Origin: Cetorhinus maximus
Taxonomy: Eukaryota
Length of the DNA stretch: 64,000 nucleotides
Assembly: GCF_964194155.1 (NCBI RefSeq)
Contig: NC_135889.1
Coordinates: 82,708,001-82,772,000, forward strand
Reading direction: 5' to 3'
The notes beneath the pieces were generated by a model, which was not told where the DNA came from, made no database searches, and saw only the letters and a list, made by a program, of their open reading frames with translations. The position numbers and the translations under genes were made by a program. Positions 50,917-63,030 of this stretch are shown here, piece after piece (position 1 is the stretch's first letter; every line of letters starts with the position of its first letter).

Positions 50917-51996
50917 TGTCATGACAGCGGACCATAGCCCGAATCACTTATGGACATATTGAACTTTTAAGTAAGATGTGTTTTTTTTAAAAAGGACATA
51001 CAAACAAAAGCTGCCTGAGACTATAAAGCAACCACTTACTGAAAAATTTCTATGTGGATTACACTTGACCAACTAGTCCAGAGAATGGAATGTCACACCT
51101 AAAAAGGTGTCAAGGCTTACTTCAGATAGAAACACTTCAAAGGAAAAGATGCAATACAAAAACTGAACGGTAATCTCCTGTGGTTGCAGAGATAATGGAG
51201 GCTGATTACCACCTTAGCAGAAACCATCTCCTGTGAGTTATATCCCAGACTGTGGACATGATGTGAGTTGAAAAGAAAGCAGATCTGGACGAAAGACATG
51301 TTTGTTTTTTACCTTCCAGGAATACAGAAGAAAAGGGGTTAAAAGGTCAACTGCAACCCTAGTTATGTATGCTAGTTTTGGTGTTAGAGGTCTAGTGTGC
51401 GAGGGTGTGCTGTGAAGGTTACAGCTGAAGAGCATCAAGTAGGCATCCCTGTGCTTGTAGGTTAAAAAGTCCTCTCTTTCTGATTGCTGAAAACAAGTCA
51501 TAAGTCAACAAAGCCACAGTCGAAAAGGAACAGGACAACTCCTTTCAGCTAACCTGCAAAACCAAAAATCTCCAAACCAACTGCTCAAATGCCCAAAGTC
51601 AGCACTACCAGAATCACCGAAACTTAACAGCCACAACGTTTCATCATCTACTCCTCATGGACCAACCAAAGACTGATTCGTATATCTTTTTAACTTATAT
51701 TTCTGGGCTCACTTCTCATTTCTAATCCGTCTGTATGTGTGTTGCATTTTATTTTGCATTTTAGTAACTGCTAAACTCACTCTTTCTTTAACTCAAGAAA
51801 GCCTGGTTAAATTGGCTCCTTTTAAAGTATAAATGCATTTGGACTGGGAAAGGTATCCAAGAGGGAAGGGATCCTTTCTAAATTAACCTTATTGCAACCA
51901 ACCTAGGAGGTTGAATAAAAAAGGGAAGCCAGTTCATCTCTCCTCACCCGGGTGCATAGAAAATTGGGGGACCTCGTCCAAGGATCAATTGTAACA
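50917..51996 (+). mobile_element. LTR-like insertion (1.08 kb) with 4-bp TSD GGAG
   Basis: GGAG|TGTCATGA ... TGTAACA|GGAG; AATAAA near 51914; tRNA-Pro PBS-like motif at about 51965-51985. Confidence 0.7.
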
Positions 51997-51999
51997 GGA

Positions 52000-52450
52000 G
52001 ACAGTAATGATTCATTTGGAGAGGAAAGGGAGCTTTGGAGATGGGGCAGTAGTTTGCAATGACAGAGGGGTCAGATGTGTTTTTTTTTAAATGAGGGCTG
52101 TAATCACAGACGTTTTAGAAGGGAGTGTAGCTGAGGAGAGGGAATCATTTACAATGTCAACTAGCAAAGGGGCTAAAAAGGAAAGTTGGTTGATCAATAA
52201 TTTAGCACCAATGGGATCAAGTGAGAAGGAAGTGCGTCTCATGAACAAGATGAGCTCAGAGAGGGCATGGGGCAGGGAGATGGAAGAGAAATTAGAAAAA
52301 GTCACAAGATCATGGCAAGGGCAGGGTCTTCAGGTAGGGTTAGCTTGCTGAGGAAGAGAAGAGAAGAGAAGAGATACAACAAGTGGCAACAATGGATAAT
52401 GATATTCCCTACATTTGTTGATGGAGGTGAGAGTGGAGGAGGCAGTTAAA
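52000..52450 (-). mobile_element. L2-like LINE RT remnant
   Basis: SLDPIGAKLL...LAPLLVDIVNDSLSSATLP..KTSVIT. Confidence 0.65.
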
Positions 52451-53109
52451 AGGAGTTTAAGGAAATGTTGCTGGAAAAGGAGCTATCTTTTCTTTTGAGG
52501 ATATTCGTGGAGAAGTAATCAGATTTGAAGAGGTAGAGCTAGGTCCCATAATAGGTGATGTGGTACAGTTAGATCTTGTAATGAATGATGAACTATCTGT
52601 TTACCAAATGCATTCAAGTCTTGAACTTGAGGGGCAGGAACTCCACAACATCCAACCCCACCAGCCCCTTGTCCCTGAGGAAGCCAAAAAAATCTCAAAG
52701 CAGCGTAAAGGGGGTCGAAATCTCTTGAGGTAAATATTTCCCAGATGCTTTGGAGAGTAATATTAACCATCTACTTTATTTTAATCTATTGATAAAGTGG
52801 TGTTTTTTTAAATGGAATACCCAGGAAAAAGGCAGCAAAATACTTATTATTTCAAGATTGCATTTTAAAAGAAGCAAGTGCAGTTTGAATTTATTAAACA
52901 GCTGGTTGCAAACAATTTCTCCAATGTTAACACAAAAATACATCACTGCTTAATACTAGGGTTTCAGCATGGAAATAGTGAACTGCAGTGTAATGGGAGT
53001 TCAATTATTTGCTGGAAGGAGGGCATTTCATCACATAATTTAACAAGTGTGAACAATTTGATTCTATCAGCAGCTACTTACATGCAGCTAAGACATATTT
53101 TTAGTTTTA

Positions 53110-53720
53110 ATTGTGCAACAAACTAAGGAGACCCTCCAGGCAAACTCTGAGAAGGCAATTGGGAACAATTAGCTTCTGTGGTTAATGTAAGCAGTGTAAC
53201 CCCAGGGACCTGAAAACAGTGCCACAAAGTTTAATGATCTCACACGAGAGGTTAAGGGCAGTGAATTTCTCCACAAATGTCACATCCTTACACTTGAACC
53301 ACTGGCCTCTCACACTACTCAATTCACCATCCTACCTCTGCAGTGGCTCCCCCAAACCGTACCCCCACCAACCTTCACTCACCTAAAAACAATCTCTGTC
53401 AATTATGACTCATACCTCACATACATAGCTCCACCTCTCTGCATACTATGCCAGCTATTGATCCATGGCAAGTATATCAACCAAACATATTGCACCACAC
53501 TCACTGACAACATTTCTCTCTCCCTCAGAGGCCATGATAACCAAAAGAGAACAGGCACAGTTGCATGTTCTTGGATCCACAGAGGAGATGGTGTTCTCCA
53601 CCACTAGAGTAACCATGATAGAGACATGACCTGTGCCAGGCCTTGTGGCATAAAGGTCATGGCCATGGTCACCTTCACAGTCACTGGCTATGCTGTCTTC
53701 ACTCCGGCTCTGGAATTGCT
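53110..53720 (+). mobile_element. Degraded Harbinger Myb/SANT gene remnant
   Basis: gttaatgtaagcagtgtaacccc...cagtgccacaaagtttaatgatctc resembles the VN...QC.K.FNDL helix of the other Myb copies. Confidence 0.5.
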
Positions 53721-53989
53721 GTTCTGGCAGCAACAGATGGAAGATTTCAGTGAGCATCTCTTTAATGAAATGTAGACATTGGACACGCTGTTATTCACTG
53801 AGGCTTAGGTAGGAGAGTTGCTCCCTAAAGATCCTGAGCCGACATGGCCTCCATGTGAGAGCCCTTCTCCTCCTCCTCCTCCTCCTTGAACCAGTTTGTC
53901 CTCCTCTGTGTCACCTATGCTTATTCTCCCAAACATGCTGCAGGTCAAGGGGGATACAAACTACTGTGCCCATGTCTAGGATCAAGTGG

Positions 53990-54171
53990 GTCTAACGGCA
54001 TCTGTGGAGAGAAAAACAGAGTTGATGTTTCTTCAGCTCTGAAGAAGGGTCATACGGACTCAAAATGTCAACTCTGTTTTTCTCTCCACAGATGCTGTTA
54101 GACCTGCTGAGTTTTCCCAGCATTTTCTATTTTTCTCTCAGATTCCCAGCATCCGCAGTGTTTTGCTTTTA
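53990..54171 (+). mobile_element. Short Penelope pLTR-derived insertion with inverted 5' piece and 15-bp TSD
   Basis: TCTAGGATCAAGTGG at 53975-53989 and 54172-54186; sequence matches the pLTR end at 27420-27560. Confidence 0.85.
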
Positions 54172-55478
54172 TCTAGGATCAAGTGGCCTGAGTGGAATCC
54201 TTGAAGTCATGACCAAGTCTTTAAGCACCTGCTACACCACTTGTTATTTTTTTGTTGCATTATCTATACATATCTGTAAATAGCTAGGAACTAATTATTA
54301 TGTATAAGTGTTCCAGGGAGCCACATTTCACGGCTGTACTAGAGACTCATGATGTGTGAGAGAACCAGGTCAAACCAGTCCTTCTATTGAACAAGGCTGC
54401 CTGGCAAGTTAAAGGTATAGAGTTCTGATATTTCCAAGCTTAAAGTGTGATTATTATCAATATTTGGCAACCAAAAGATGCCAAGCACACATAACTTGGT
54501 GGCAGCAAGTTTTGGTGTGTAAACCTAAAGCATTTTAAATTAATTTAAGCTGATTCAGAAAATCAGCCCATATTAGTGCCAAAAGAAAAACTTAGTGAAT
54601 CCTGTGAAAATGAAAAACAAAATGTCAATCAGCACAGCAATGAATGCACAGCTACAGCCCATAATGAATTGGAAAGCTGATGATGTCATAGATGCATTTA
54701 TGAAGTTTAAACAAAAGTGCAAAGTGACATTCAGTAGCTTCCTAAAAGGCACTAACAATGAAGAGAGGGTCAGCTATATCCTTCTGTGGACAGGAGATAT
54801 AGAATTAAATTTATTTAACAGCTGGGAGCTGACTGAAGAGACATTTTTGAAAAATTCAGCACCTATCTCTAGCCAAAAGTGAATCGTTGGATCTGCCAAT
54901 ATGAATTTCAACAATTCTCAGCAGGAATTGGGTGAATCTGTTGATAACTTTGTGACAAGAATTTTAAAATGCAACTTGAAAATGCATGTTTAAGGATACA
55001 GTTGAAAGGCTGAAAGATCAATTAATTTGGGGTTCTGCACACCCTGAAGTACAGAAAGCGCTAACTGGAAAGGACAAACTCACAATATCACAGGCCGTAG
55101 ACACCATCAGAGCACAAAGCCACATGCAGGTAGATGAAGGCACTGACTACCCACACAGCTAAGCCAAGAGAAAAGCAGCAGAGTTGATGTAACGCAGCAG
55201 AAACAAAAGAATCTACAACAAGCAGAGATAATTCACACAGGAGCTGTAGTTGGCCACATGAATTCACAGACAGATGGAAATGACTTGCATATGGATCAAT
55301 CTGCAAAGAGAGAGAATCCGAATGGATGGTTAAGAATTTGTCGGATCCCAAAGACATTAATCGAGCCATTAAGAGGCATCACTACCCCATTCCAAAACTG
55401 GAAGAGATCAAACCAGCCCTGGCAGAGAGATTTTCAGCAAGCTTAATGCCAGAAACGGCTACTGGAATGTGGAACTAG

Positions 55479-56131
55479 GGGGAGGATTTTCCCCTCATCG
55501 GGCTGGCCCGGGAGCGGTCAATGTTTCGCCGCCCGTGATCGGGGCCCCGACCGTGATTTCACGTTGGCTGGCCAATTAATGGCCAGCCAGCATGAAACGC
55601 GCGCTGATGACCTCAGGGCTGCCCAGGGGGGGAGCGCAAGCGCTGAAGTGTGCACATGCGTGGGGTGCACTCAGTGAAAGCTCCCTGAAGGCATAGAGCT
55701 GTGAAGATTTTTAACATGAAAAATAAAGATATTAAAATAAGGAAAACATGTCCCCACATGTGACTCTGTCACATGAACAGGGACATGTGAGAAATGAGTT
55801 TAAAAAATTTTATTTTTTTTTAGTCAGTGTTGGAAACCTCTTCCTGCCCGCAGATGAGGTTTCACAAAAAATGCAAAGGCCACCTGGCCTGGTCGCCCGC
55901 CCACCACTGTAAGGTTGGACAGGCAGTCAGAAATTCATTTTAGTTGATTGATTAATGGGCTTAAAAGCCCTCTTGTCGGCGGGTGTGCTGCCGACTCTCA
56001 CGCGGGCCTGCCGACCAAAATATCGCTCGAGTGCGCGAGGATGTTGGGACGCTCACCAGATGTCATCACGCGCTATTTCACGCTTGAGCGTGTTAGGCGT
56101 GCACCGGCAAGCCGAGCTGAAAATCCTGCCA
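55479..56131. mobile_element. Harbinger-type MITE, TSD TAG
   Basis: TAG|GGGGAGGATTTT ... AAAATCCTGCCA|TAG; removing it restores the Gypsy RT reading YWNVELDAES. Confidence 0.88.
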
Positions 56132-56521
56132 TAGATGCGGAATCTTTACTGTTGACAACATTTAACACACCCTTTAATGTTACAAATTCCTGCATCTTTC
56201 CTTTTGCCTTAAAGTGAGCAAGAAAGTAACTGAGGCATACCAGAATGCAAAACAGCAGCTGCTGATATCCAGATATACGGTGTAGGTGACAAAGATCATG
56301 ATTATCATCCACATGAAGCTATGGAGAGAACCAGAAAAGCTGGAATCAAATTAAACACAGACAAATGCATTATGAAAGCGACAGAAAACCAGTTTTTTGG
56401 AATGGTGCACATACCTGGCGGAATCAAATCGAGCCCTGAAAGATTCGTGGCAATCTCTGGGATTGGAGCCCCAATAGGTAAGGGAGAGTTGAGAAGCTTC
56501 CTTGGCTTGATCCAATATATG

Positions 56522-57189
56522 GTGCAGAATTTTTCAGTCGGCGTGCGGGGGGGCGGGCCCAACACGCCGACGCGTAAAATGATGCGCAATGACATCGAGC
56601 GTGCGTCCCGACGTCATCGCGCTGTCTCGCGATATTTCAGTCGGCGGGCACGTGCTGGAGTCAGCTGTGTGCCCACCGATATATACATGGCCTATTAAGG
56701 CCATTAAGGAACTGATTAAGATAATTGTTAACGCTGCCCGTCCAACCTTAAGGTTGGCGGGCAGGCAAAAAGGCCAAGCAGCCCTCGTGCTTTTTAGGAA
56801 ACTTCATCCACGAGCGGGATGAGGTTTCCTAGAGCTTTTATTAAATAGATAAATAAATAAGTTTTCATAAAAATAAAAATATGTCCCACCTCATGTGATG
56901 CAGTCACATGAGATGGGACATGTTTAAATAAATTTTTAAACCTTTTATTCACTATTTACAATAGCGATTCAATCTCTCTGAGGCAGCTCCGTGCATGTGC
57001 GTGAAAGAGCGCTGGCCCCTCCTCCCCCTGACCGTACAGGTAGCGCTGAGTGCTATGGCTCGAGTCTTACACTGGGCGGGCCTTAATTGGCCCGCCCCGT
57101 AAGATGGCAGCATGGAGCCGATCGTGGGCGGCGATGGGCTCTGCGACCGCCCCCATCCGCTCCAGCCTGCCACCTAAAAAATTCAGGCC
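56522..57189. mobile_element. Harbinger-type MITE, TSD ATG, opposite orientation to 55479
   Basis: ATG|GTGCAGAATTTTT ... AAAAATTCAGGCC|ATG; removing it restores FLGLIQYMSSFI. Confidence 0.86.
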
Positions 57190-58639
57190 ATGAGCTCCTT
57201 CATACTGCGCATGTCAGAGCACACAGCAAACCTACAGGAGCTGATGAAAGAAGATGTAGAGTAACAATGGTCAGAGTCACACGACAGGAATTTCAGCAAA
57301 CTCAAAAAAGTAACATGCCATTAGACAAAAGACAAGAACACAAAGCACCTGCACTCCCTGTAGACTTCAGTAACTTTGAATAACAGAACACAAACCACCA
57401 AACACTTATACAAACCCAGCAACAGCCATCAATCAGTAACTAACCTAAAAGTGTTTGATGATCTCTTTAAATGGTGCTGGTGTGGGGTCCTTCCTGCTGT
57501 TCAACACATACTCAGTTGTATCCAATTAATAGAAGGTTTTAGCTGGAGTGTTGAGCTCCAAAATGGCAGCACTGGTGTCAAATCAGCATTACATGCTAAT
57601 TGATGTCACAATTTGCCTACTTTGCATGCTTCCCGTGAACATTACCTGCATCCACACTAAAGCCCTACTATAGTGCTGAAAATAGGGATACTATCTAAAC
57701 AAATTTGTGGCCCTCTTGTCTCCAAGCACCCTTTACCTTGCTATACAGGTCAAACTTATGGACAACTGAATATAAAGACATCATGGCAACTATCAGAAAT
57801 GCAGACACAGAACTCCACAATTTTCTGATGGTCATCATGCACCAGTTGTATGTTAATAGAGTCTTTTCAACGTGAAGGTGGTTGTATTGTGCGAAGGATG
57901 AAGTGGATGCAAACAATGGCACCCTGGATTTGGAAGAATCATACAATTTGTGATCCTCACAGCTCTATCTGCTTCCAGATGTCTGTGGAAAAAGTGATGA
58001 ATGTGTTTGTTCCTGTAACCAAATCATTTGTTAGCTGTTTAATACAACCATGCATTGCATACTGAGTGATATTACTGATTCTGTTTTACTGCCTTTCACA
58101 AAGGTAATTGATGCACAATGAATGTAACAACACTGGGATCAGTTAACCCAATAAAAATTAATCAAAGGGCACCAGACAAATCTTTAAACTCTTAACCATC
58201 CTGCATGATGAAGACAGAAATTTACTTCACTGTCTCCCAACTATGGAAGTACTAATTGTATAGATTTCGTTCACCTGAACTGTTTTCGATCAACTGAAGC
58301 AGATTACATTAATGTTTACACTAGCAACTCCACTCCACCCCTCCCCCCTGCCTAATTCCGAGACAATGAGTATTGCTAAGTACACCAAAGAGAAGTCAGA
58401 TCATAAAATCATGAAACAATATTTCTTTATTCAGACAATTTGGAGAAATAATAGCATGTAAGATATTCAGGTGAATATTATTAGTTGATAGAATTAATGT
58501 CTAAAGTTACATAGGTCATTCCAAATGTATCATTATAACATCCATTAACATTGATATTATGGTCAATGTCCAAGACTGATATGAATTATCTTCCTATGCA
58601 AGTACAAGAGATTCAACACCTGCCTTTTTACCTTTTCGC

Positions 58640-59860
58640 TTCTCACTCTCTAAGGCCCCATACACACTTTCCAGTTGAAATAGTGATTTATTTGTACTCC
58701 TTTCAATTAAGTATACTGTATTCACTGCTCAATATCTGGTCTTCTCTATACTGAGGAGACCAAATGCAGATTGGGTGACCACTTTGTGAGACACCTCCAT
58801 TCAGTTCACAGGCAAGATCCCAGATTTTCAGTTGCTTGTCATTTTAGTTCTCTGCTCCACTTCTACACTGGCTTTTCTGACCTTACCCCTTCCATTGAAG
58901 CTCAATGTTAAGCTTAAGGAACAGCACTTCATCTTCTTATAAGGCATTTTGCAGCCTCCTGGACTCAACATTGAGTTTAACAACTTCAGCTCATAACCTC
59001 TGCCCACATTTTTTTTTATGGTAGCTGTTAGTAGAAATGTTGCTTTCTCGTTCACATCCTTCTAGGTTCACCTTTGGTTACTTTACTTGTCCCATTATCA
59101 ACACTTTTTGCCTTGCACTATATCATTCCTATAGTCTCTTCTCTACCCTATTACAGGTCTTCCATTTGTCCTTTCCCCTCTGCTCCCACTTCCCAAGCCT
59201 TGCTTAAAATCTGTTGCATCGCTAAGGACCCCCAATTCTGACCTGAAATGTTAACTCTGTTTCTCTCTCCAGAGATGCTGCCACACCTGCTGATTCATAG
59301 TCATAGAGTCATAGAGGTCTACAGCACAGAAAAAGGCCTTTCGGCCCACCGAATCTGCGCCTGTCAACCAAGTACCTAACTATTCTAATCCCATTTTCCA
59401 GCACTAGGCCCATAGACTTGTATGCCATGGCATCGCAAGTGCACATCCAAATACTTCTTAAATGTTATGAGGGTTTCTGCCTCTACTACCCTTTCAGGCA
59501 GTGAGTTCCAGATTCCCACCACCATCTGGGTGAAAAATTCTTCCTCACATCCTCCCCAAACCTCCTGCCCCTTACCTTAAATGTATGCCTCCTGGTTATT
59601 GATCCCTCCACCAAGGGGAAAAGTTCCTTCCTGTCTACCCTATCTATGCCCCTCATAATTTTATACACCTCAATCATGTCCTCAATCTCCTCTGCTCCAG
59701 GGAAAATAACCCCAGTCTATCCAATCTCTCCTCATAACTAAAACTCTCCAGCCCAGGCAACGTCCTGGTAAATCTCCTCTGCATCTCTCTAGTGCAATCA
59801 CATCCTTATTTCCAGCATTTTCTCTTTTTATTTCAGTTTTCCAATATCTACAGCGCTTTG
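58640..59860 (+). mobile_element. Old Penelope 3' remnant interrupted by a minus-strand CR1 3' end (about 59295-59805)
   Basis: GIY-YIG-like DNA at 58700-58990; CR1 MIEVYKIMRGIDRVDRKELFP; pLTR resumes tttccagcattttctc near 59810. Confidence 0.75.
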
Positions 59861-60164
59861 TGCTTATTAATTAAGCAAGGTTAGTTGAGTTTAGACTTGG
59901 TGTAGTTGACAAGTTAACAGCCTTGAATCAAAGATATTAAGGATGCAGGTTGTTCTACTTACAGCTGATAAGCTTGCAGATTTAGCAACATTTCCAGGTG
60001 CTTACAAGGCCTTGTGATTCAACCCTTAAGATCTCCTTCTGGGATGACTGGATTAATATCCAGGACATTGACTTGATGAATCTCAGTCTGGCCTCCAGCT
60101 AATAAAATTATTACATTTCTCTGACTTCCTTTCCATATATTTTAATCATTCGACTTGAATTCAA

Positions 60165-60380
60165 CCAGGAATTCACAGCTGAAAGGGTGGTAGGGGCAGA
60201 AGCCCTCAACTAATTTAAGAGGTGTCTGGATATGCACTTTAAGTGCCTTAACCTGTAGGACTATGGACCAAATGCTGGAAAGTGGGATTCGGTTGGGTGA
60301 CTTGTTTCATGGCTGGCGCAGACACGATGGACCAAGTGCCCTCTTTTTGTGTTGTGAACTTTCTATAATTTTATGATTCT
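60165..60380 (+). mobile_element. CR1 3' end fragment
   Basis: ggaattcacagctgaaagggtggtaggggcaga...aatgctggaaagtgggatt and short tandem tail. Confidence 0.7.
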
Positions 60381-61177
60381 AATTGCCCTGATCTTTCTGA
60401 ACTGCTCTCACTCTTTGCTTGTTCTGATCATTCTACTTGTTTGTGTCAAAACTCATCTCTTGTACCTTTGATTCATAAAACAAATTCCTTTAATTTCATT
60501 TCAATTATTTTTGGTGATACACCTCTTTACCTCTTTTCATATTTTTGTCACAGGCCATTCAGAGTTACACTTTGTGCCAAAGATTTTCATATTTAGTGAC
60601 AAATATCTTTGCCAAGCTCATGTCAAATACATAATGAACTGTTCTAAATTACCCCAAGATAGGTCAGGCTGACTTCAAGACTGCTAAATTTATTGGCCAT
60701 AATTACCTGTAGTAAAGTAACTCAAATAAGAATGAGGTCTTTAGGATTATTGCCAACCTCTAGTCATGTTGTTTTGGCCATAATACAACAGGGGACATAA
60801 TGACAACACAAAGGATGGCCACGATCATAGTCATCAGAACATAATTCTTCATTCTCCCTCGGAAAGCTTGGCATTTTTGCTTCTGGTTACGAATTGGAAT
60901 TGGATTAACTGTTTCAACAGTGCCATTATGGAAGCACTCACGCTCCTTGGCATTAATTCTCGCTATTTTTCTCAGGTTCAACAGGAATGCTGAAAACCTC
61001 ATTATCAGGAGAATTCTAAGTATTTGTACAGCATTTGCTTATGGAATAAAACCAGCAGAAATGTAGAGTTGGGCCAGCGATATTTCTTATTGTGCGCGCG
61101 ACAGAATTTTCTTGGATATTGATATATTTCACAATCAACAATTTCCTTTCATTATAAAAAAGCTTCTCAAATGCATC

Positions 61178-61570
<393 letters not shown>

Positions 61571-62597
61571 CTAGAATAGTCTTCTTAAAGGAGTTAGAGA
61601 GGAGTTCCTTAATTTTGTTTCTTAATTGATCTTGGTTTTTATCTGAGGAATCTACATGGGTGCTGCTGAGACTTGTTAACCCTGATTCTTCATGTAATAT
61701 GACTGTGCTATGAAGCTATGCTTTATTAAAAAAATGATTTTATGTATTTACTGGCTGGAAACCACAAATTGATTTTTTAAAAAGACTAAAGTCACATTCC
61801 AATGACTTGAAGTCAGTCAAAGATGGGTGAACATTTGCATCATTGTACCTTCTACATTACAAAGCCATTGAAATGGAGGCAACTTGTCTGTAATGCCCCA
61901 CCAGGAACAATAGCCTTGAATGGGGGCCATCTCCTACCCTATTAGCAAAGCATCCAGACAATCGCCTGGGCACTCAACTGGGTGCAGACAAACTATTAGA
62001 TGTAATCACTTGGACAATGAGACTCTGGCTATGAAAGGAATTTACCCAGATGTAATCGAACCATATAAGCCCGGCAACTGGAATTGACTAACCATGACCA
62101 TATTTGGATCACTGGGCAGTTGGAGAGAGAGGTTCATGTGACAAACCAGCTAAACCTTGGTGTATGAAACACCTGTCTTCTCTGCAGACCAGCGCACAAG
62201 CAAATGAGATGCTGAAGAAACAAAACTCTGAGCTGGTTCTCTCTCTCTCTCCATCCAACTTGCAAGATTTGAATCCTATCTGCTGATTTTGCCTATTCAT
62301 ATGCCACAGGCAGAGACCTTTTTAAAGAACTCAACCCAGGAGCTGCTGTCTCCAAAACAAACAGATAAATTGTCTGTGTACATCTTTAAACTGCTTCGAC
62401 CCAAACCTAGAAGGTCCACCAAGTTCATCCTAAAGCCAGCCAAGTCACTAACCTAATTCACTAAAGAAAATAAATAAACTGTCAGGGGTAATTCATTTGC
62501 CTAATCAGCTATGAATGGGTTAGCAGACAGGGAAATGGACGATGCGGGCATGGAATCAAGTGCACTGGTGGGATTACCATGTCTGTGGCCTACTTGT

Positions 62598-63030
62598 GGG
62601 GGAGACAGTGACATAGTGGTATTGTCACTGCTTTAGTAATCCAGAGACCCAGGGTAATGCTTTGGGGACCCAGGCTCAAGTATCACCATGGCAGATGATG
62701 GAATTTGAATTCAGTCAATAAGAATCTGGAATTAAAAGTCTAACAATGACCATGAAACCATTGTCGTTTGTCATAAAAACCCATCTGGTTCTCTAATGTC
62801 CTTTAGGGAAGGAAATCTGTCATCCTTACCTGGTCTGGCCTACCTCTGACTTCAGGCCCCCGCAATGTGGTTGACTTTCAAATGCCTTCTGAAATGGCCA
62901 GCAAGCCACTCAGATGTATCAGCAGCAATTTAAGAAGGCACCTCACCACCACCTTCTCAAGAACAATTATGGGTGGGTAATAAATGCTGGCCTAGCCAAC
63001 AATGCCCTCACCCCAGGAATGAATAAGAAA
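62598..63030 (+). mobile_element. tRNA-derived SINE (same family as 17190); another copy begins at about 63950
   Basis: Colinear with 17190-17585 and 33012-33410. Confidence 0.8.

Larger units (their letters stand above)
54301..57230 (+). mobile_element. Gypsy/Ty3 remnant (LTR-like segment, PBS, gag, RT) interrupted by two MITEs
   Basis: PBS-like TGGTGGCAGC at 54497; gag-like FKQKCKVTF...RVSYILLWTG; RT GYWNVEL|DAESLLLTTFNTPF, AGIKLNTDKC, ELRSFLGLIQYM|SSFI. Confidence 0.85.

Noticed and set aside
57730-57880. Possible exon after ttttaccttgctatacAG at about 57748
   Set aside because: Translations are short and unrecognisable, and no partner exons were found
60760-61002. 80-aa minus-strand ORF with a hydrophobic C-terminus in the presumed 3' UTR of the second paralogue
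   Set aside because: No homology recognised; length is compatible with chance; would need ribosome profiling or conservation evidence
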